Source: Candidatus Omnitrophota bacterium
Lineage (GTDB): Bacteria; Omnitrophota; Gorgyraeia; Zapsychrales; Fredricksoniimonadaceae
NCBI GenBank assembly: GCA_903908245.1
Contig: CAIVRE010000007.1
Span: 4,984-68,983 of the forward strand
Direction of reading: 5' to 3'
Length of the DNA stretch: 64,000 nucleotides
Shown here: in pieces, positions 17,455 to 28,699 of the stretch
Numbering within the stretch: position 1 is the stretch's first letter
Layout: every line of letters starts with the position of its first letter
The notes under the pieces: generated by a model
Seen by the model: only the letters and a program-made list of their open reading frames with translations
What the model was told of the DNA's origin: nothing
Databases searched by the model: none
Translations under genes and position numbers: made by a program

Positions 17455-19431
17455 ATGAATGCGTTTGCGCTCCAATCTTCTTTTAAACTCATCCCAGACC
17501 AGAAGCGCGCGGCCGACGAACTGACCGCCGGCATTGAGCGCGGCGATAAAGCGCAGGTGCTTCTGGGGGTTACCGGCAGCGGCAAGACCTTCACGCTGGC
17601 CAATGTGATCGCCCGGCTGAACCGTCCGACCCTGGTTATTTCGCACAATAAAACCCTGGCCGCGCAGCTTTACGGCGAGTTCAGGGAATTCTTCCCTGCG
17701 AATGCGGTGGAATATTTTGTCAGTTATTACGATTATTACCAGCCGGAAGCCTATATTCCCTCGACTGATGTTTATATTGAGAAAGACTCCTCCATCAATG
17801 ACAGGCTCGACCGCCTTCGCCTGGCCGCGACGACTTCGCTGATGTCCCGGCGGGATACGATCGTGGTAGCCAGCGTTTCATGCATTTACAACCTGGGTTC
17901 GCCGGAGGACTACCAGAACAGCCTGGTGTTCTTTAAGCGCGGGGAGTCCGCTGGCCGCGATGAGGTCCTGCGCCGCCTCCTGGATATTCAGTATGAACGC
18001 AATGATTATGAGTTTGCCCGCGGCAAGATCCGTGTGCGGGGGGATGTGGTGGAGATATTTCCGGCCTATCGTCAGGACGCTTTGCGGGTCGAGTTCTTCG
18101 GGGATGAGATCGAGCGCATCAAGATGATCGACCCGTTGTCCGGCGAGGCGTTGACCGAGCTTGAGCAGGCGGCCGTGTATCCGGCCAAGCATTTTGTTGT
18201 TTCCGAGCCAAGGATGGAAGAGGCGCTTAAAGAGATCGAGCGGGAACTTGAGGGCCGCTTAAAAGAACTTGAGGGCCGGGGGAAGTTGCTGGAAGCCCAG
18301 CGTCTGCGGTCACGGACACGTTATGACATGGAGATGATGCGGGAGGCCGGTTATTGTAACGGTATCGAGAATTATTCGCGGGTGCTCAGCGGCCGCCCGC
18401 CGGGGGCAAGGCCGCATTGCCTGATCGATTATTTCCCGAAAGACCTGCTGGTGGTCATTGACGAGTCGCATGTGACCATTCCCCAGATCCACGGGATGTA
18501 TGCCGGCGACCGTTCCCGCAAGGAGATGCTTGTTGAGCACGGGTTTCGCCTGCCGTCGTGCCTGGACAATCGTCCGCTGAAGTACGCCGAGTTCGAGCCG
18601 TTGGCGGGCCAGGTTGTCTATGTTTCGGCGACTCCCGATGAATTTGAGGTCAGGCGGGCCGGAGGAAAGCTTGTGGAGCAGGTCATCCGCCCTACGGGGA
18701 TCCCGGATCCGGTGATCGAGGTTCGTCCCACCGCGGGGCAGGTTGAGGACCTTTTGGCGGAGGTGCATTCCCGGGCGAAGAAGTCCGAGCGGGTGCTGGT
18801 GACAACGCTGACCAAGCGGATGTCGGAAGACCTGGCGGATTATTTGAATGACCGCGGGGTGAAGGTCAAGTATCTTCATTCGGATATCGAGACCATTGAG
18901 CGGACCAGGATCCTGCAGGACCTTCGGTTGAAGAAGTATGACTGCCTGGTCGGTGTGAATTTGTTGCGCGAGGGATTAGATCTGCCGGAAGTGTCTTTGG
19001 TTGCGATCTTTGATGCGGACAAACAGGGGTTTCTGCGTTCCCAGACCGCATTGATCCAGACCGCCGGACGGGCGGCCCGGAACAAGGACGGCATGGTCAT
19101 TATGTATGCGGATACGACAAGTCCTGCCATGCGGGCCATGGTGGCGGAATGTGACCGGCGCCGCAAGATCCAGTTGAAGTTCAATGCGGATAACGGCATT
19201 ACGCCGGCAACGATCATCAAAGCGATCAATGCGGGGATCGAGGTGTGGTCGGAGGCCGAGGAGCTGGTCCGGGAAGTGGCCGGCCAGGATAAAGAACAGT
19301 ATGAGTTCTCAAAGATGATCGATGAGCTGGAAAGGCAGATGGAACGGTCGGCCAGAAATCTGGAATTTGAGAAAGCCGCGAAGTTTCGGGACCGGATCGC
19401 GGAATTAAAGAAGATCGGGGATACCCAATGA
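17455..19431 (+). CDS. uvrB: excinuclease ABC subunit B
   Basis: GVTGSGKTFT Walker A, helicase motifs, the beta-hairpin region and the C-terminal UVR domain. 658 aa. Confidence 0.95.
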   Translation: MNAFALQSSFKLIPDQKRAADELTAGIERGDKAQVLLGVTGSGKTFTLANVIARLNRPTLVISHNKTLAAQLYGEFREFFPANAVEYFVSYYDYYQPEAYIPSTDVYIEKDSSINDRLDRLRLAATTSLMSRRDTIVVASVSCIYNLGSPEDYQNSLVFFKRGESAGRDEVLRRLLDIQYERNDYEFARGKIRVRGDVVEIFPAYRQDALRVEFFGDEIERIKMIDPLSGEALTELEQAAVYPAKHFVVSEPRMEEALKEIERELEGRLKELEGRGKLLEAQRLRSRTRYDMEMMREAGYCNGIENYSRVLSGRPPGARPHCLIDYFPKDLLVVIDESHVTIPQIHGMYAGDRSRKEMLVEHGFRLPSCLDNRPLKYAEFEPLAGQVVYVSATPDEFEVRRAGGKLVEQVIRPTGIPDPVIEVRPTAGQVEDLLAEVHSRAKKSERVLVTTLTKRMSEDLADYLNDRGVKVKYLHSDIETIERTRILQDLRLKKYDCLVGVNLLREGLDLPEVSLVAIFDADKQGFLRSQTALIQTAGRAARNKDGMVIMYADTTSPAMRAMVAECDRRRKIQLKFNADNGITPATIIKAINAGIEVWSEAEELVREVAGQDKEQYEFSKMIDELERQMERSARNLEFEKAAKFRDRIAELKKIGDTQ

Positions 19432-20105
19432 TAAATAAAATGATGCGGCCGGGGACACGTACCAAATCACAGTGGAAAATGCATGTGCTGATTTGGAACA
19501 TGTCCCCGTTAGTCTTGTTGGCGTTGTGTGGTTGCGCTGTCCTTGAAGCGACTGGCGAGGCCGTCGGGGTGGTGGGTAAGGCCGGATGGGCTGCGACCAA
19601 GGCGGTGGGCAGTGTGGTGTATACCGGCACGTCCATGGCCGGGCAGACCGCCAGCCAGACCAACAAGACCATGTCACGTTCTTCCGGGCGCCGTGATGAG
19701 GGGATATCGGTCAGCGGGGACAAGACAGTGGTCCCCCTGGAGCAGGAAGGCAAAAGTTATTATGTGCGCCTTAAGGTCAATAACAACATTTCAGGGCGGT
19801 TCCTGCTGGATACCGGTGCCAGTGCCGTACAGATATCCAAGGCCATGGCCAAACGGCTTAAGGTCTTGAAGAATAAAAGCCAGGCTATCCCTGTTACGCT
19901 GGCGGGTGGCGCGGTGGTGGCAGGGCGGATGGTCACGCTTGAGAAGGTCAAACTCGGCGGGATGACGGCGTATAATGTGAAAGCGATCATCCTTGACTAT
20001 GAGCAGAAACAGTCGTCGGATGGATTGCTCGGGATGTCGTTCCTCGAGAATTTTGTTTTTCAGATCGATACCCAGAAGAACGAGCTTACGCTCAGGCGGC
20101 GTTAA
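19428..20105 (+). CDS. retropepsin-like aspartic protease lipoprotein (clan AA, TIGR02281-like)
   Basis: Lipobox (LLALCGCA), the catalytic motif RFLLDTGAS, and a Pro/Gly/Ser-rich linker. Confidence 0.7.
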   Translation: MINKMMRPGTRTKSQWKMHVLIWNMSPLVLLALCGCAVLEATGEAVGVVGKAGWAATKAVGSVVYTGTSMAGQTASQTNKTMSRSSGRRDEGISVSGDKTVVPLEQEGKSYYVRLKVNNNISGRFLLDTGASAVQISKAMAKRLKVLKNKSQAIPVTLAGGAVVAGRMVTLEKVKLGGMTAYNVKAIILDYEQKQSSDGLLGMSFLENFVFQIDTQKNELTLRRR

Positions 20106-20113
20106 ATAACGGG

Positions 20114-21115
20114 ATGTGCATGAAAAAACATAAGGCGGTCGGTTTATTATCCGGCGGGTTAGACAGCGCTCTGGCGGCAAAGCTTCTTTTGGACCAGGGG
20201 ATCGAGGTCCATGCGGTCAATATCAGCATGCCCTGGGGGTGCGGCCGTCCGTCGAGGGTGATCAAACTCGCGGAGCAGCTGGGGATACCGTTCGTAAGCA
20301 TCCCGTTGGGGGATGATTATCTTCCTGTCCTGAAAACCCCCCGATATGGTTTTGGCGTAGCGCATAATCCGTGTGTGGATTGTCATATTTACATGCTCAA
20401 GAAGGCAGCTGAATATATGAGAGAGATCGGCGCGGCGTTCGTATTCACCGGTGAGGTGATCGGCCAGCGTCCGATGTCCCAGCGGCGCAAGTGCCTTGAC
20501 TGGGTTGAACAGGGTTCGGGCATCCCAGGGCGTGTGCTCAGGCCGTTATCCGCCCGATTGCTGGAGGTGACGATCCCGGAGAAGGAAGGGATCGTTGACC
20601 GTGCGAAGCTCCTGGACCTGGTGGGCCGTAACCGGCGGCGGCAATTGGATATGGCCGTGGAACTGGGGCTCACCGGTTTTTCCACGCCCGGCGGCGGGTG
20701 CCTGCTTACCGAGAAAGTGTTCGGCCGTCGTGTTAAAGATGTGCTCGCCAGGGGTTGTGATTCGATCAGGGAGACGGCTATTCTTGGCGCGGGGCGGTAT
20801 TTTCGCCTTAGCGATGATGCGTTCGTTCTTCTGGGTCGCGATCAGGAGGAGAATGACTTCTTGTTAAAGTATGCCATTGGCACCGATATTGTTTTTCGTA
20901 CGTATGATTTCCCGAGTCCGACGGTCGTTCTGCGCGGCAAGAATATCACTGAGGCACAAATGGCTTTATCGGCCGGTTTGCTGCAGTTCTTTTCAAAGTA
21001 TTGCGATGCTGTCCCTAAACTTGTTCCGTGCTGGACCAGCGCATCGCCTGATGCCGTTCGTCAGGTCCTGGCAGATATTCCTTCGGAACAGTTCCTTAAA
21101 GAGATCTGGATGTAA
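20114..21115 (+). CDS. PP-loop family ATP pyrophosphatase (ThiI/MnmA-like tRNA sulfurtransferase-related)
   Basis: SGGLDSALAA PP-loop near the N-terminus, with conserved Cys residues (NPCVDCH...GGGC). The exact subfamily was not resolved. Confidence 0.7.
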   Translation: MCMKKHKAVGLLSGGLDSALAAKLLLDQGIEVHAVNISMPWGCGRPSRVIKLAEQLGIPFVSIPLGDDYLPVLKTPRYGFGVAHNPCVDCHIYMLKKAAEYMREIGAAFVFTGEVIGQRPMSQRRKCLDWVEQGSGIPGRVLRPLSARLLEVTIPEKEGIVDRAKLLDLVGRNRRRQLDMAVELGLTGFSTPGGGCLLTEKVFGRRVKDVLARGCDSIRETAILGAGRYFRLSDDAFVLLGRDQEENDFLLKYAIGTDIVFRTYDFPSPTVVLRGKNITEAQMALSAGLLQFFSKYCDAVPKLVPCWTSASPDAVRQVLADIPSEQFLKEIWM

Positions 21116-21170
21116 TGTGTCCCGGTTTTTGCTTGCCTTTTCAACCCTGGCGCTTTAATCTGTTTTTTAT

Positions 21171-21920
21171 ATGATCTGTGCTATTGATATAGGGAATTCA
21201 ACGATCGGGTTCGCGTTCCTTAAGGACGGGAAGGTTGCTCATGTGGCCTGGATCGAGAATGAGCCACAGAGCGAGCTGGTACGCGTCAAGCTTGACAATT
21301 TCCTGGAGTCTGCGGCGGTACGTTATTCCATCAAGAGTGCGGTTGTCTGCAGTGTTGTTCCGGATACGCTAAAAGTCCTTTCCCGCAAGATCGTGAAGGC
21401 CTGGGGCGTCAAGCCGCTGGTGGTGGGGCGGGATATAAAGATCCCCATAAAGAACCGTTACAAGAGCCCGCGGCAGGTCGGTCGTGACCGGTTGCTTTGC
21501 GGGTTTGCTGTTCGGGAATTGTATGGCATGCCCGCGGTTGTTATTGATCTTGGAACGGCGATCACTTTCGACGGGATATCGCCGAAGGGCGATTATTTGG
21601 GCGGGGCGATCATCCCGGGCCTGCGGTTGTCGGCCGAGGCATTGTTCGAGAAGACGGCGTTGCTTCCGCGGGTGCATATCGCAGAGCCGAGAAAAGTGAT
21701 CGGCGCTTCAACAGAAGAAAGTATCCAGAGCGGTCTTTTTCATGGCTATGGTTCTTTGTGTGACGGAATGGTGCTCCGGTTGGCAGAGGAGATGAAATGT
21801 CATCCGAAAGTGGTGATGACCGGCGGTTATGCGTCTGTGATGCACCGGTTCATGAAACATCCTGTTGAGGCGGTTGACGAGCATCTGATCTTTAAAGGAA
21901 TGGGACTGCTGACCGGATAA
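21171..21920 (+). CDS. coaX: type III pantothenate kinase
   Basis: MICAIDIGNSTIGFAF...VVIDLGTAITFD...GG carries the ASKHA-fold CoaX motifs. Confidence 0.9.
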   Translation: MICAIDIGNSTIGFAFLKDGKVAHVAWIENEPQSELVRVKLDNFLESAAVRYSIKSAVVCSVVPDTLKVLSRKIVKAWGVKPLVVGRDIKIPIKNRYKSPRQVGRDRLLCGFAVRELYGMPAVVIDLGTAITFDGISPKGDYLGGAIIPGLRLSAEALFEKTALLPRVHIAEPRKVIGASTEESIQSGLFHGYGSLCDGMVLRLAEEMKCHPKVVMTGGYASVMHRFMKHPVEAVDEHLIFKGMGLLTG

Positions 21921-21921
21921 T

Positions 21922-23247
21922 ATGATAGATGCTCCCCAGATATTCTTTGGCATTCCGGCTTTTGGCGGGTTTTTGTCCGCAATATGCCTTTTTTTCGGAT
22001 GGCGGGCCGGAAAACGCCAGTGGCTGCTGAATAGTTTGCCGACAAGTAAAACAACCGGTGTGTTCATTGGCGTGGTCGAGCTTAAAGGCACAGCCGAAAC
22101 GGAAAGAGCGTTGACCAGTTATTTGGCCAGGTCACAATGTGTTTATTATCGTTGGGTTGTTGAGGAGCATTGGTCAAGGACGGTCACTGAAACCTATACG
22201 GATAGTAAAGGCCAGAGTCAGACGAGGACAAGAACGGAAAGCGGCCGGACCACGGTGGCGCAAGGCGGCGAGGAGCCTCCGTTTTATTTGAAAGATGACT
22301 GTGGCGTTATCCGTGTCCAGCCCGCCGGCGCCAGGATCGAGCCGAAGACGGTATTCGATCAAACCTGCGGTCAGGGGGACCCCTTGTATTATGGCCGCGG
22401 GCCGCAAGGCGCGGTTGCGGATTCAGATCATCGGCGTACTTTTACGGAATATGCGATCCCTCTTCATGAGCCATTGTATGTGATGGGACAGGCGCGCGAG
22501 CGCGACGATATTGTTGCCGCCGAGATAGCCGCGGATAAACGCGCGCCGATGTTCCTGATCTCGACGCGCACCGAGGGGCAGATCGCCGGAGGGTTCCAGA
22601 AGACATTCTGGTGGCTTACTGTTATCGGGTTCATTTGCGTGGCCGGCAGTTTTCTTGTGCGCGATATGATGTCGGGGGTTGATCCGGGGTCTGACCTGAT
22701 CTTCTTGATCTTATTCAGTCTCCTTTATTTCCTGATATGGTTCATGGGTTGTGGCTGGATCCTTTATAATAATCTTGTTGAGGTCCGGATGCGTGTCCGG
22801 CAAAGTTGGGCCAATGTGGATGTCCAGCTGAAACGGCGGTATGAATTGATCCCCAGTCTGGTCAATGCGGTCACTGGCCTTAAGGATTATGAGCGGAACG
22901 TGCAGACCGAATTGTCCATGCTGCGGGCTCAGCTATCGGCGACGCCTCCCGGACAGCCTGGCTTGGACTACGCCGGGTGTTTGCCCAAGATCAAGGCGGT
23001 GGTAGAGGCGTATCCTGAGCTTGGATCTAACGGGGCTTTCTTGAACTTACAAAAACAGTTGTCTGATACGGAAGACCGGATCGCGTTGGCGCGGTCTTAT
23101 TTTAATGATGTCGCTTCTTTTTATAATGCCCGGATCGAGAGCCTTCCGGATGTGTATATCGCTTTGTTGGCGGGAATGGAAGCGCAGACTTTGATGACCG
23201 CAGACGCTTTTGAACGGGCGCCGGTCACTGTACACTTGGCCTCTTAG
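21922..23247 (+). CDS. LemA family protein with ~260-aa N-terminal membrane/soluble extension
   Basis: The C-terminal 180 aa (SWANVDVQLKRRYELIPSLVNAV...ESLPDVYIALLAG) is a LemA domain. It is preceded by 3 TM helices and an ~200-aa unknown soluble region. Confidence 0.75.
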   Translation: MIDAPQIFFGIPAFGGFLSAICLFFGWRAGKRQWLLNSLPTSKTTGVFIGVVELKGTAETERALTSYLARSQCVYYRWVVEEHWSRTVTETYTDSKGQSQTRTRTESGRTTVAQGGEEPPFYLKDDCGVIRVQPAGARIEPKTVFDQTCGQGDPLYYGRGPQGAVADSDHRRTFTEYAIPLHEPLYVMGQARERDDIVAAEIAADKRAPMFLISTRTEGQIAGGFQKTFWWLTVIGFICVAGSFLVRDMMSGVDPGSDLIFLILFSLLYFLIWFMGCGWILYNNLVEVRMRVRQSWANVDVQLKRRYELIPSLVNAVTGLKDYERNVQTELSMLRAQLSATPPGQPGLDYAGCLPKIKAVVEAYPELGSNGAFLNLQKQLSDTEDRIALARSYFNDVASFYNARIESLPDVYIALLAGMEAQTLMTADAFERAPVTVHLAS

Positions 23248-23349
23248 AATGGGCAGTTTTAGAAAACCGCATTTTGGCGGTTTTTTTGTAATGGCCTGTT
23301 GGCACTCTAGACTAATGTTTGCCAGAATCGCCATAAACAAAAAAAATTC

Positions 23350-23377
23350 TTGACAATAACATCACTTTCTTGATAAT
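23350..23377 (+). promoter_or_regulatory. sigma70-type promoter upstream of groES (TTGACA -16 nt- GATAAT)
   Basis: Perfect -35 at 23350-23355 and a 5/6 -10 at 23372-23377, about 100 nt upstream of groES. Confidence 0.5.
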
Positions 23378-23476
23378 TAGCAGTCTTAGGAAATCATTGC
23401 CAAGCGTAAATTCGAGAATTGCGCAAGGCAAAATCGGATAAAAAGGTCAAGTTAAAGTCCAACAAGGAGGTAAGTA

Positions 23477-23767
23477 ATGAAGCTTCAACCACTCGCAGAC
23501 AGGATCATCATTCAGCCTCTTTCTGCCGAAGAAGTCACCAAGGGCGGTATTGTCCTTCCTGACACGGCAAAAGAGAAGCCCCAGGAAGGCAAAGTTGTTG
23601 CCGCGGGGAAAGGCAAAGTGCTCGATAACGGGCAGGTTCAGGCCCTTGAGGTCAAGGTGGGCGATATTGTGCTTTACGGCAAATATAGCGGCACCGAGAT
23701 CAAGGATAAGGACGGCACCGCGCTGTTGATCATTCGTGAGGAAGAAGTCCTGGCGATCGTCAAGTAA
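23477..23767 (+). CDS. groES: co-chaperonin GroES
   Basis: [15 protein letters not shown]...[22 protein letters not shown]. Preceded by the RBS AAGGAGG. Confidence 0.95.
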   Translation: MKLQPLADRIIIQPLSAEEVTKGGIVLPDTAKEKPQEGKVVAAGKGKVLDNGQVQALEVKVGDIVLYGKYSGTEIKDKDGTALLIIREEEVLAIVK

Positions 23768-23798
23768 TATCGTTTGTGTTGATAAAATGTAGGGGTGA

Positions 23799-25502
<1,704 letters not shown>

Positions 25503-25505
<3 letters not shown>

Positions 25506-25531
25506 GAATTCTGCCATAGGCAGAATTCTTA
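25503..25531. promoter_or_regulatory. 29-bp perfect palindrome (TAAGAATTCTGCC-ata-GGCAGAATTCTTA) overlapping the groEL stop
   Basis: The arms are exact reverse complements. Confidence 0.4.
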
Positions 25532-25533
25532 AA

Positions 25534-25572
25534 AGCCCTGGGTTCTCGCAAGAGTTCCCAGGGCTTTTTATA
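25534..25572 (+). terminator. rho-independent terminator of groESL
   Basis: Stem AGCCCTGGG/CCCAGGGCT followed by TTTTTAT. Confidence 0.7.
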
Positions 25573-25600
25573 TTGACTTTTCTATATAATAATATATAAT
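25573..25600 (+). promoter_or_regulatory. sigma70-type promoter (TTGACT -16 nt- TATAAT) for the IMPDH-family/guaA genes
   Basis: -35 at 25573-25578 and a consensus -10 at 25595-25600. Confidence 0.45.
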
Positions 25601-25680
25601 ACAAGGCTATAATCACAATCCTAAAATGGTGAAAACTGTTAAAATTCTGTAAATAATTGAAAGTACGGAGGTTAGGTCGT

Positions 25681-26841
25681 ATGGCAGATTGGATCGGCAT
25701 AAACAGGCGGGCGCGCCGTTGTTACGGTTTTGATGAAGTTGCTCTTGTCCCTGGTGATAAAACCATTAATCCCAATGAAGTGGATGTTTCCTGGGCTATT
25801 GGGAAAATGAAGTTCGATATCCCGATCCTGGCGGCGTCTATGGACGGTGTTGTTAATGTAAAATTTGCGATCGAAATGGGCAAAATGGGCGGTATCGCCT
25901 CCATTAATCTGGACGGCGTTCAGACCCGTTATGAGAATCCCGATGAGATCCTCGATCAGATCGCTGAATCTTCACCGGAAGAAGCGACCAAGCTCATTCA
26001 GAGCCTTTATCTTAAGCCGGTGAAAGAGGCGCTGATCGCCAAGCGTATTGAAGAGATCAAGAAGCATAAAGTTCCCGCCATAGTGAGCTGTATCCCGCAA
26101 AACGCGAAGCGGTTCCATCAGATCGCGGAAGAGGCCGGATGTGACGTGTTCATCGTTCAGTCTACCGTTGCGACCGTCAAGCATGTTTCAAGTGAATATA
26201 AAGTTCTTGATATCGAGAAGTTCTGCAAAGAATCCAGGATCCCGATCATGGTTGGCAATACCGTTACTTATGATGTGACGCTTGAGCTGATGGAGATCGG
26301 TGCGTCTGCTATTCTGGTCGGTATCGGTCCCGGCGCGGCATGTACCAGCCGCGGCGTTCTGGGGATCGGCATTCCGCAGATCACGGCGACCGTTGATTGT
26401 GCGGCGGCGCGCGATCACTTCTTCAAGCGCAAGGGGAAGTATGTCCCAATCATTACCGATGGCGGGATGCGTATCGGCGGTGAGATCTGCAAGGCGATCG
26501 CTGCTGGCGGTGACGCGTGTATGGTCGGTTCCGCTTTTGCCAAGGCGTTCGAAGCGCCGGGCCGCGGATACCACTGGGGAATGGCCACCTCGAACGCGAA
26601 CCTTCCGCGTGGAACGCGCGTCAAGGTCGGGCAAGCCGGTACGCTCAAGGAGATCCTTCTCGGACCCGCCAAAGTCGATGATGGTTCACAGAATTTGGTC
26701 GGGGCTCTTAAGACTTCCATGGGGTCGCTGGGCGCGTCGAATATCAAAGAGATGCACGATGTGGAGATCATTATCGCCCATTCCTTCCAGAGCGAAGGCA
26801 AGGTCTTCCAGATGAACCAAAAAGTGGGCATGGGGAAATAA
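25681..26841 (+). CDS. IMP dehydrogenase family protein lacking the CBS subdomain (GuaB-related)
   Basis: IMPDH catalytic loop GIGPGAACTSRGVLGIGIPQITA plus the phosphate-binding GGxxxGxxxKA pattern. 386 aa, so no CBS pair. GGAGG RBS before ATG 25681. Confidence 0.8.
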   Translation: MADWIGINRRARRCYGFDEVALVPGDKTINPNEVDVSWAIGKMKFDIPILAASMDGVVNVKFAIEMGKMGGIASINLDGVQTRYENPDEILDQIAESSPEEATKLIQSLYLKPVKEALIAKRIEEIKKHKVPAIVSCIPQNAKRFHQIAEEAGCDVFIVQSTVATVKHVSSEYKVLDIEKFCKESRIPIMVGNTVTYDVTLELMEIGASAILVGIGPGAACTSRGVLGIGIPQITATVDCAAARDHFFKRKGKYVPIITDGGMRIGGEICKAIAAGGDACMVGSAFAKAFEAPGRGYHWGMATSNANLPRGTRVKVGQAGTLKEILLGPAKVDDGSQNLVGALKTSMGSLGASNIKEMHDVEIIIAHSFQSEGKVFQMNQKVGMGK

Positions 26842-26853
26842 AGGGAGATATCA

Positions 26854-28590
26854 ATGCCGAAAGTCAAGAAGCCTGTAAAACCGGTTGCGGTAAATATTGC
26901 CAAGCCCAAGTTCAAGGCCAAGCCGAAATATCAGCTGAAGCTCAGGAAGCTCGCTCCGTCGTATAACAGCGCGTACAGGGGAGAGAACCAGAAGGTCAGT
27001 CTGCTTAAGGGCAGTACCAAGACATTGAACATCAAGGTGAAGAAGCCCAGAAGCCGCGATATTATCCTTGTGCTTGATTTCGGGTCGCAGTATACCCAGT
27101 TGATCGCCCGCCGTATCCGTGAAAGCAAGGTTTTCAGCCAGATCGTTCCTTTTAATATCACTCCTGATAAGATCAGGGAGATGGGTGCGAAGGGCCTTGT
27201 CTTTTCCGGCGGCCCGATGAGCGTTTATGATAAAGGTGCTCCCCAGCCTAATAAAGATGTCCTGAAGATGGGCCTGCCGATCTTGGGTATTTGTTACGGG
27301 ATGCAGGTCATTACACATATGATGGGCGGCAAGGTCAATAAATGCAAGGACCGTGAGTATGGCCGTGCCGAGCTTTTTGTTGACAGCAATAAGGACCTTT
27401 TTTCCAATTTGCCTACCAACCTGACGTGCTGGATGAGCCATGGCGATGAGATCATGCAGGTCCCGCCTGGTTTCGAGAAGATCGCGCATACGCTTAATAA
27501 CAATTGTGCTGCGATCGCTAACCGTTCAAAAAAGATCTATGGCGTTCAATTCCATCCGGAAGTTGTTCATACCCAGCGGGGTTTGAATATCGTTCAGAAT
27601 TTCGTGATGGGGGTTTGCAGTTGCTTGCCGCGCTGGACGATGGACCGGTTCATTGAGTCTGCTGTCAAGCGTATCCAGGAGACTGTCGGCAAGAAGAAGG
27701 TCGTGTTGGGGCTTTCCGGCGGGGTTGATTCGTCGGTGGCGGCGATGCTTCTGCACAGGGCGATCGGGAATAACCTTTATTGTATCTTTGTTGATAACGG
27801 GCTGCTGCGTAAGAACGAAGGGCAGTCGGTTTACAAGAATTATAAAGTTAATTTTAAAATGAACGTGATGATGGTCGATGCGTCCAAGCGATTTATTTCC
27901 GAGCTAAAGGGCGTGACCGATCCGGAAGAGAAACGCAAGATCATCGGTCGTGTTTTTGTGGAGGTCTTCCAGGAGAACGCGAAAAAGATCAAGGGCGCGG
28001 AGTTCCTGGCCCAGGGTACGCTTTATCCGGATGTTATTGAATCTGTTTCTCCGATCGGCGGGCCATCCGCCGTGATCAAGAGCCATCATAATGTGGGCGG
28101 GTTGCCCAAGTCGTTGCACCTGGAGCTTATTGAGCCGTTGCGCGATCTTTTTAAAGATGAAGTCCGTGCGATCGGTAAAGTGATGGCCATGCCGGAAGTC
28201 CTGCTGAAGCGGCAGCCGTTCCCCGGGCCTGGCCTTGCGATCCGCATTCTGGGAGATATCACCGAAGACCGGCTTAATGTTTTGCGTGAAGCCGACGAGC
28301 GGGTGCTGGAAGAAGTGAAGCGCTCCAATCTTTACAATGAGATATGGCAGTCATTCGCGATCCTTTTGCCGATCAAGACCGTGGGTGTGATGGGAGATCA
28401 GCGCACGTACGAGAATGTGATCGCTATCCGCTGTGTTTCCAGTGTGGACGGAATGACCGCGGATTGGGTGCAGTTGCCGTATGAGCTGATGGGGAAGATG
28501 TCGAATCGTATCATTAATGAGGTCCGCGGTGTGAACCGTGTGGTGTACGATATCAGTTCCAAGCCGCCGGCGACCATTGAATGGGAATAA
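26854..28590 (+). CDS. guaA: GMP synthase (glutamine-hydrolysing) with ~60-aa Lys-rich N-terminal extension
   Basis: GATase-1 domain ([20 protein letters not shown]...GICYGMQ) and the PP-loop SGGVDSSV, ending in the conserved ATIEWE C-terminus. ATG at 26854 has a strong GGGAG RBS; no internal ATG occurs before the GATase domain. Confidence 0.9.
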   Translation: MPKVKKPVKPVAVNIAKPKFKAKPKYQLKLRKLAPSYNSAYRGENQKVSLLKGSTKTLNIKVKKPRSRDIILVLDFGSQYTQLIARRIRESKVFSQIVPFNITPDKIREMGAKGLVFSGGPMSVYDKGAPQPNKDVLKMGLPILGICYGMQVITHMMGGKVNKCKDREYGRAELFVDSNKDLFSNLPTNLTCWMSHGDEIMQVPPGFEKIAHTLNNNCAAIANRSKKIYGVQFHPEVVHTQRGLNIVQNFVMGVCSCLPRWTMDRFIESAVKRIQETVGKKKVVLGLSGGVDSSVAAMLLHRAIGNNLYCIFVDNGLLRKNEGQSVYKNYKVNFKMNVMMVDASKRFISELKGVTDPEEKRKIIGRVFVEVFQENAKKIKGAEFLAQGTLYPDVIESVSPIGGPSAVIKSHHNVGGLPKSLHLELIEPLRDLFKDEVRAIGKVMAMPEVLLKRQPFPGPGLAIRILGDITEDRLNVLREADERVLEEVKRSNLYNEIWQSFAILLPIKTVGVMGDQRTYENVIAIRCVSSVDGMTADWVQLPYELMGKMSNRIINEVRGVNRVVYDISSKPPATIEWE

Positions 28591-28611
28591 AGATTGATAT
28601 TCGGTAACATT

Positions 28612-28688
28612 TGTAGGGGCGACCCGTTGGGTCGCCCTTCTGTTTATGTCCCCTGCGACGCGAGGGCGACCCAACGGGTCGCCCCTAC
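28612..28688. repeat. nested palindromic element: 26-bp inverted repeat (25/26) whose arms are each themselves hairpins (GGCGACCC-gtt-GGGTCGCC)
   Basis: The reverse complement of 28612-28637 matches 28664-28688 with one mismatch. Intergenic between guaA and dnaE. Confidence 0.6.
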
Positions 28689-28699
28689 GATAAAAGAAT

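Noticed and set aside
23299-23330. Possible CIRCE (HrcA operator) or sigma54 -24/-12 element upstream of groES
   Set aside because: Only one half-site (TTGGCACTC) is present. The inverted partner matches 6/9 at best, and the GG-N10-GC spacing for sigma54 is not met.
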